Source of the DNA: Bacteroidota bacterium
GTDB lineage: Bacteria; Bacteroidota; Bacteroidia; Cytophagales; Thermoflexibacteraceae
Assembly: GCA_004292785.1 (NCBI GenBank)
Contig: RDXG01000200.1
Span: forward strand, 1-50,103
Direction: 5' to 3'
DNA: 50,103 bases
Shown here piece by piece: positions 45,550 through 50,103 of this stretch. Each line of letters begins with the position of its first letter. Within the stretch, counting starts at the first letter, position 1. The notes under the pieces were generated by a model that saw only the letters and a list, made by a program, of their open reading frames with translations, was not told where the DNA came from and searched no databases. Made by a program: the position numbers and the translations under genes.

Positions 45550-46038
45550 ATGGCAAAAGCAAATGCAGATTTGATTGTAGCACTACGAAAAACCGCTAAC
45601 AAAATCAAAAAAAACGATTCTCAATATCAATGGGGACACATGGGAAGTTGTAATTGCGGACATTTGGCACAAGAAATTACCAAATATAGCCGAGAAGAAA
45701 TCCACAATTACGCCATGCAAACCCGCATGGGAGATTGGGCAGATCAAAGTTCAGAATTTTGTCCGACAAGCAATTTGCCAATGAATTTGGTGATTAGCAG
45801 TATGTTAGACGCAGGTTTGGCTCTCGAAGATTTCAAACATTTGGAACGCCTCGATGACCGAAAAGTATTGGCACTTTTGCCTGTTTCAGAAAGAAATTTG
45901 AAGCAAAATAACCGCCAAGATGCTGTCAAATACTTGAATACTTGGGCAAATTATTTGGAAAATGAATTATTGGAAAAAATGCCTTCTTTCAATTTGGAAA
46001 AGGATTTGATGCCAACAGAAGTATTAGAAACAGTATAA
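45550..46038 (+). CDS. hypothetical protein
   Basis: ATG at 45550 is preferred over the TTG at 45511. 162 aa with a WGHMGSCNCGH motif. I recognise no family. Confidence 0.55.
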   Translation: MAKANADLIVALRKTANKIKKNDSQYQWGHMGSCNCGHLAQEITKYSREEIHNYAMQTRMGDWADQSSEFCPTSNLPMNLVISSMLDAGLALEDFKHLERLDDRKVLALLPVSERNLKQNNRQDAVKYLNTWANYLENELLEKMPSFNLEKDLMPTEVLETV

Positions 46039-46134
46039 TTTTTAAAGAAACCTTTGTTAAAATAATGTTTGATTTTGACAAAGGTTTCTAAGTAGGAAGA
46101 CAAAATTAATCGTAGGTTATTTTTTATCATAAAC

Positions 46135-46198
46135 CCTTGATAATCATAATTATCCGACCCCTTTTAGGTGTCGGATAAATATGATCTGTTACTTATAG
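46135..46198 (+). repeat. dispersed 64-bp palindrome-containing element, copy B
   Basis: CCTTGATAATCATAATTATCCGACCCCTTTTAGGTGTCGGATAAATATGATCTGTTACTTATAG. Same orientation as copy A. It ends 5 nt from the stop of the pseudogene fragment. Confidence 0.85.
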
Positions 46199-46202
46199 GT
46201 TT

Positions 46203-46355
46203 TTACAAATAAGTCTCAATGATATAATGCCAAATGCCTAAAATCTCTCGTAAATCTGTATAAACTTGGTTATCGATATAAAAAACATTGTTTTCGAAAC
46301 GTAAAAATTTCCATTCTACGCCATCTGTGGCGCAACCATAAAGAACAGGAAAGTT
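46203..46355 (-). pseudogene. C-terminal remnant of a PD-(D/E)xK (HsdR_N-like) gene, paralogous to 26509-27138
   Basis: My own translation: NFPVLYGCATDGVEWKFLRFENNVFYIDNQVYTDLREILGIWHYIIETYL*. It is preceded by an in-frame TAG and has no start codon. It aligns by eye with QFPIYGLFVIGSAWYFMLLNEKEYSISKDY...FEILRILKVL of the intact gene. Confidence 0.5.
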
Positions 46356-46621
46356 CTAATAAGACAAAAGATAAGAAACAAATAAGCAGAGTCGGATTTA
46401 GTGAATTTCAGATTAAAAATACAAAAAAAATATTTAATCCATCAAAATAAATTTGCATTTTAAGCGAATTAAACTACCTTTGTTTTTTTTAACACTTTAT
46501 TTCTACCATTTTTCATTGTTTTCACTAAATTTGTTTTTTGATGATTTGTTTTTACGTTTTGACAAAGTATTTACAATCAAAAGCCTTGCATTTGCAAAGG
46601 TAAAAAATTTAGTAAAAAACC

Positions 46622-49600
46622 ATGATGTTCCGAAAAACCCATTTATTTTTTGCAATCTTAGGAATTTTTTTGGTGTTGAGCATAAGTTTTGCCAATCCGC
46701 CAAAAACAAATTGGAAATTAGAGAACTTTGAGTTTGAAGATTCTACCAAAAAGAAAAAAACTTTATTAGCTCCTCTGCTTCGCCAAGACCGATTTGGCGA
46801 TCCTTTTGGCGTATATTCTGGCGGTTTTAGAAATATTTATTCCCCTTTTTTGCTCAAAAACCCAAAAAGTATCAAGCAAAATATTAGTTTAGACCCAAAA
46901 AGTCAAAATTATAACATTTCCGAAAAAATTGGTTCGCTGGATTTTAGACCCGCTTCGAGCATTCCTTTGCGAGATTACCTAAATATTCGTAGTCAAGACA
47001 TGATGCGATATTATTGGGGGAAAAAAAGGAAGAGCCCTGAAGAAGACCCAGATTCTCGACGTATCCCTAAAATTAAAGTGCCTGGGCTTTTGGGCGATTT
47101 GCTTGGCGGAGGCGAAATTGACATCAAACCCGTAGGAAATATTGTTTTGGACTTTGGAATTAAAGGGCAAAATGTAGAAAATCCGCAAATTCCTGTGGCA
47201 CAACAAAGCAATTACGGACTCAATTTTGACCAACAAATTGCCGTAAATTTGGTGGGAAATATCGGAAAATTTATTCCTGTAAACGTAAATTGGGACACGA
47301 AAGCAAATTTTCAGTTTCAAAATATTTTTAAAGTCGGTTATCAGGCAAAAGAGGAAGACATTATTCAAGAGGTGAAATTTGGAAACGTAAGTATGCCTGT
47401 GAATAATTCTTTGATTAGCGGCGCACAAAATTTGTTAGGTATTCAAACGCGTTTGCGTTTTGGCAAATTGTGGATCAATGCGGTGGGGTCTTCGCAAAGA
47501 GGAACGGCAGAGCAAATGGTTATTCGTGGCGGCGGACAGGGCAGAGCTTTTGAGTTTCGGGCAGATCAATATGAGTATAACCGACATTTTTTTCTTTCGC
47601 AATTTTTTAGGGATAATTTTGAAAGAGGTTTAAGAACCATTCCCCAAATTACTTCAGGAGTCGTGATCACAAGGGTCGAAATTTATACCACCAACAGAAA
47701 CAACAACACGCAAACCCTACGAAACGTTTTAGGAACAATGGATTTGGCTGAAAACGTGCCTTACCGCACCACAAACGCAAGTATTGGGCAAGTCAAAGGC
47801 AATGTTTCTGCCAACGAAACCAATGATTTGTTCAAAAATTTGGCTTCAAATCCGATTGTTAGAGATGTAAATAATGTAAGCGGCGAAATGGATAATAAAT
47901 TTGGCTTACAAAAAGGCGTAGATTACGAACTTTTGAGAGGTGCGCGAAAATTGACTCCACAAGAATACACTTTTCACCCGAATTTGGGCTATGTAACCCT
48001 TAGTTCTCAATTAAGAAATGACGAAATTTTGGCGGTTTCTTACGAATACACTTACAACGGAAAAGTGTATAAAGTTGGCGAAATGACAGAAGATTATCAA
48101 GGTTACAAAGACTCAGATGTTATTTTGTTGAAAATGTTGAAACCATCAACGATCAGAACCGATTTGCCAACTTGGAATTTGATGATGAAAAACATTTACA
48201 ATTTGCAAACCACGCAACTAGAACGCACCAATTTTCAGCTAAGAATCATTTACAGAGACGATTTGACAGGCATCGATAATCCAAATTTGCAGGAAGGTTT
48301 TAACACCAAAGACAAGCCCTTAGTTCAGATTTTTGGCATGGACAGACTCAATATGAGCAACGATCCGCAACCTGATGGCAATTTCGATTTTGTGGACGGC
48401 GTAACAGTTGATGCAAAAAATGGTCGCATTGTTTTTCCTAATTTAGAGCCTTTTGGAAAGTTTTTGCAAAATCAATTTATTCCTGAAAGTGAAAGGCAAT
48501 TAATCAATAAATATGTTTTTTCGGAATTGTATCGTGAAACGCAAGCAGATGCGCAACTACTTTCTAGCAAAAGCAAATTTTTTATCAAAGGTTCTTATCA
48601 AGCCACGACTTCAAACCAAATCACACTTCCAGGTGTAAATATTGCCCCAAATTCTGTCGTTGTTCGGGCAGGAAGTACGGTTTTGAAAGAGGGATCAGAT
48701 TATACCGTAGATTATAGTTTGGGCAGAGTGAATTTGATGAATCAAGGAATTTTGAGTTCTAGCAAAGAAATTGTTATCCAATATGAACGCGCCGATTTGT
48801 TCAATTTTCAAACCCGAAATTTGTTTGGACTCGATGCCGAATATCGTTTGAGCAAAGACATTCGTTTTACGGCAACGGTGATGAGTATGAACGAAAGACC
48901 AAATATTACCAGACTAAGTGTGGGTAGCGAAACGGCTACGAATACGGTTTGGGGTTTGGGCGTAAATTACAGATCGGACTCGCGTATGCTTACCCGTTTG
49001 ATTGACAAATTGCCTGCGGTAAGTACCAAAGCACCGTCTAGTGTGGTTTTTAAAGGTGATTTTGCGCAAATTATTCCCAGTACAAATGCCTTGATTTCAA
49101 AAGATGGTGGAACAGCTTTTATTGATGATTTTGAAGCCGCAGAAATTGGTTACGACATGACCCGACAACCAATCGGGAATTGGGTTTTAGGTTCGACTCC
49201 ACAACAATTTTTACCAAAAACAAAACTAAATCCTTTAGAATATAGCCATAAACGCGCCAAACTTTCTTGGTACAATGTGGACAATACCGCCTTTTATTTT
49301 TCGGTTTTGGGCAGAACAAACCCAACAAATATTACTTCAAAAGACAAAGACAATCACTATGTTCGGCAGATTCCTTTTGGGGAAATTTTTAAAGGAAAAA
49401 GTCAGCAGTTGATCAATAACCCTGAAATTTCATTGGATTTGGCATATTTTCCAGAAGAAAGAGGGCAATACAATTACAATCCAAATTTGACAAATGAAGG
49501 ACTTTTACCAAATCCACGAGAAAATTTTGCAGCAATTACCAAAGGCGTTACGCATGACGTTGATTTTGACAACATTAACATTCAATATATCGAGTTTTGG

Positions 49601-50103
49601 TTGCTTGATCCTTTTATCAAAGGCGAAAATGGACAAATTGTTTCGCAAGTAAACGGACAAGAAAAACGCATTAACAACAGCACAGGAGGCGATTTGTATT
49701 TCAATTTGGGTAGTATTTCCGAAGACGTGATTCCTGATGGAAGGCATACTTTCGAAAACGGTTTTCCTGCCAACGAAAACGACAAAGACACCGTAGGAAC
49801 AGCTTGGGGAGTTGCCAGCAAAAAACAATATTTAACCAACGCTTTTGCCGCAGAAAACGGGGCAAGAGCAAGACAAGACGTAGGTTTGGACGGAATGAAC
49901 AACGATCAAGAACGTCAGCATTTTCAAAAATATTTAGATCAAGTCAGAAACCGAGTCAATCCTAATGTTTTTCAAGAAATTCAAAAAGACCCTTCTAATG
50001 ACGATTTTCAATATTATTTGGGTTCAGAATTGGATCAACAAAATGCAAAAGTTTTGGATCGTTACAAAAGATTTAATGGTTTAGAAGCAAATTCGCCCGA
50101 AAA
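46622..50103 (+). CDS. sprA: T9SS translocon / cell surface protein SprA (Sov), 3' end beyond window
   Basis: Absent from the ORF track because no stop lies inside the window. I read the frame from ATG 46622 (MMFRKTHLFFAILGIFLVLSISFA signal) for about 1.2 kb with no stop, and it is in phase at the window end (...KVLDRYKRFNGLEANSPE). Openness in between is inferred from the lack of listed ORFs on either strand across 47429-49118. SprA-typical blocks: LRFGKLWINAVGSSQRG, FEFRADQYEYNRHFFLSQFFRDNFE, ITRVEIYTTN. Confidence 0.88.
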   Translation, partial: MMFRKTHLFFAILGIFLVLSISFANPPKTNWKLENFEFEDSTKKKKTLLAPLLRQDRFGDPFGVYSGGFRNIYSPFLLKNPKSIKQNISLDPKSQNYNISEKIGSLDFRPASSIPLRDYLNIRSQDMMRYYWGKKRKSPEEDPDSRRIPKIKVPGLLGDLLGGGEIDIKPVGNIVLDFGIKGQNVENPQIPVAQQSNYGLNFDQQIAVNLVGNIGKFIPVNVNWDTKANFQFQNIFKVGYQAKEEDIIQEVKFGNVSMPVNNSLISGAQNLLGIQTRLRFGKLWINAVGSSQRGTAEQMVIRGGGQGRAFEFRADQYEYNRHFFLSQFFRDNFERGLRTIPQITSGVVITRVEIYTTNRNNNTQTLRNVLGTMDLAENVPYRTTNASIGQVKGNVSANETNDLFKNLASNPIVRDVNNVSGEMDNKFGLQKGVDYELLRGARKLTPQEYTFHPNLGYVTLSSQLRNDEILAVSYEYTYNGKVYKVGEMTEDYQGYKDSDVILLKMLKPSTIRTDLPTWNLMMKNIYNLQTTQLERTNFQLRIIYRDDLTGIDNPNLQEGFNTKDKPLVQIFGMDRLNMSNDPQPDGNFDFVDGVTVDAKNGRIVFPNLEPFGKFLQNQFIPESERQLINKYVFSELYRETQADAQLLSSKSKFFIKGSYQATTSNQITLPGVNIAPNSVVVRAGSTVLKEGSDYTVDYSLGRVNLMNQGILSSSKEIVIQYERADLFNFQTRNLFGLDAEYRLSKDIRFTATVMSMNERPNITRLSVGSETATNTVWGLGVNYRSDSRMLTRLIDKLPAVSTKAPSSVVFKGDFAQIIPSTNALISKDGGTAFIDDFEAAEIGYDMTRQPIGNWVLGSTPQQFLPKTKLNPLEYSHKRAKLSWYNVDNTAFYFSVLGRTNPTNITSKDKDNHYVRQIPFGEIFKGKSQQLINNPEISLDLAYFPEERGQYNYNPNLTNEGLLPNPRENFAAITKGVTHDVDFDNINIQYIEFWLLDPFIKGENGQIVSQVNGQEKRINNSTGGDLYFNLGSISEDVIPDGRHTFENGFPANENDKDTVGTAWGVASKKQYLTNAFAAENGARARQDVGLDGMNNDQERQHFQKYLDQVRNRVNPNVFQEIQKDPSNDDFQYYLGSELDQQNAKVLDRYKRFNGLEANSPE

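Noticed and set aside
46453-46731. 92-aa + strand ORF overlapping the start of sprA.
   Set aside because: It is in a different frame from the >1100-codon sprA reading frame, its translation is low-complexity and F/L-rich, and it spans the sprA signal-peptide region.
1-50103. Many 60-170-aa ORFs in the track lie antisense to, or out of frame with, larger genes (e.g. 671-991, 2061-2495, 5652-6158, 9925-10389, 34580-35140, 41410-42033, 43239-43709, 43778-44278).
   Set aside because: Each lies wholly inside a longer ORF that has clear family motifs. Their translations are low-complexity (F/K/I/N-rich), as expected from AT-rich antisense frames, and none has a recognisable motif.
1-50103. Search by eye for CRISPR arrays, tRNA/rRNA genes, integrases, transposases, and toxin-antitoxin pairs.
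   Set aside because: I found no regularly spaced direct repeats apart from the in-gene 78-bp array. No intergenic region has the GC content or cloverleaf potential of a tRNA. No ORF carries recombinase or transposase motifs. A covariance-model scan (tRNAscan-SE/Infernal) would be needed to exclude small RNAs formally.

Overview
Low-GC Bacteroidota-type chromosomal segment. The host call (Cytophagia/Flavobacteriia-like) rests on T9SS/gliding genes: sprA, a type-B CTD adhesin, a PKD lipoprotein, and Y_Y_Y-SpoIIE and TPR-histidine-kinase sensors. I support about 35 protein genes plus one gene fragment. I saw no rRNA, tRNA, CRISPR array, transposase or integrase. Most of the window is ordinary housekeeping and envelope content: S41 peptidase, MFS, GNAT, NUDIX, UDP-xylose synthase, SPFH, deacetylase, SGNH hydrolase, PlsC-type acyltransferase, SecG. 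Six things deserve a second look. (1) A minus-strand three-gene RNA-repair operon, rtcB-hen1-pnkp (5403-11005), with structured spacers between the genes. (2) Several families of short dispersed palindromic elements, including a TGATWATCA box that sits almost only in intergenic DNA next to hairpins. (3) A secreted caspase-domain protein followed by a Y_Y_Y/PP2C sensor. (4) A divergent pair, radical-SAM enzyme and membrane-anchored serine hydrolase, flanking a ~90-nt GC-richer hairpin. (5) An acidic protein built on near-identical 78-bp tandem repeats. (6) sprA, the T9SS translocon gene, which starts at 46622, runs off the right edge and is therefore missing from the supplied ORF track. I cannot show that any of these is truly undescribed. 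The RNA-repair cassette and the radical-SAM/hydrolase pair are my best candidates for follow-up.
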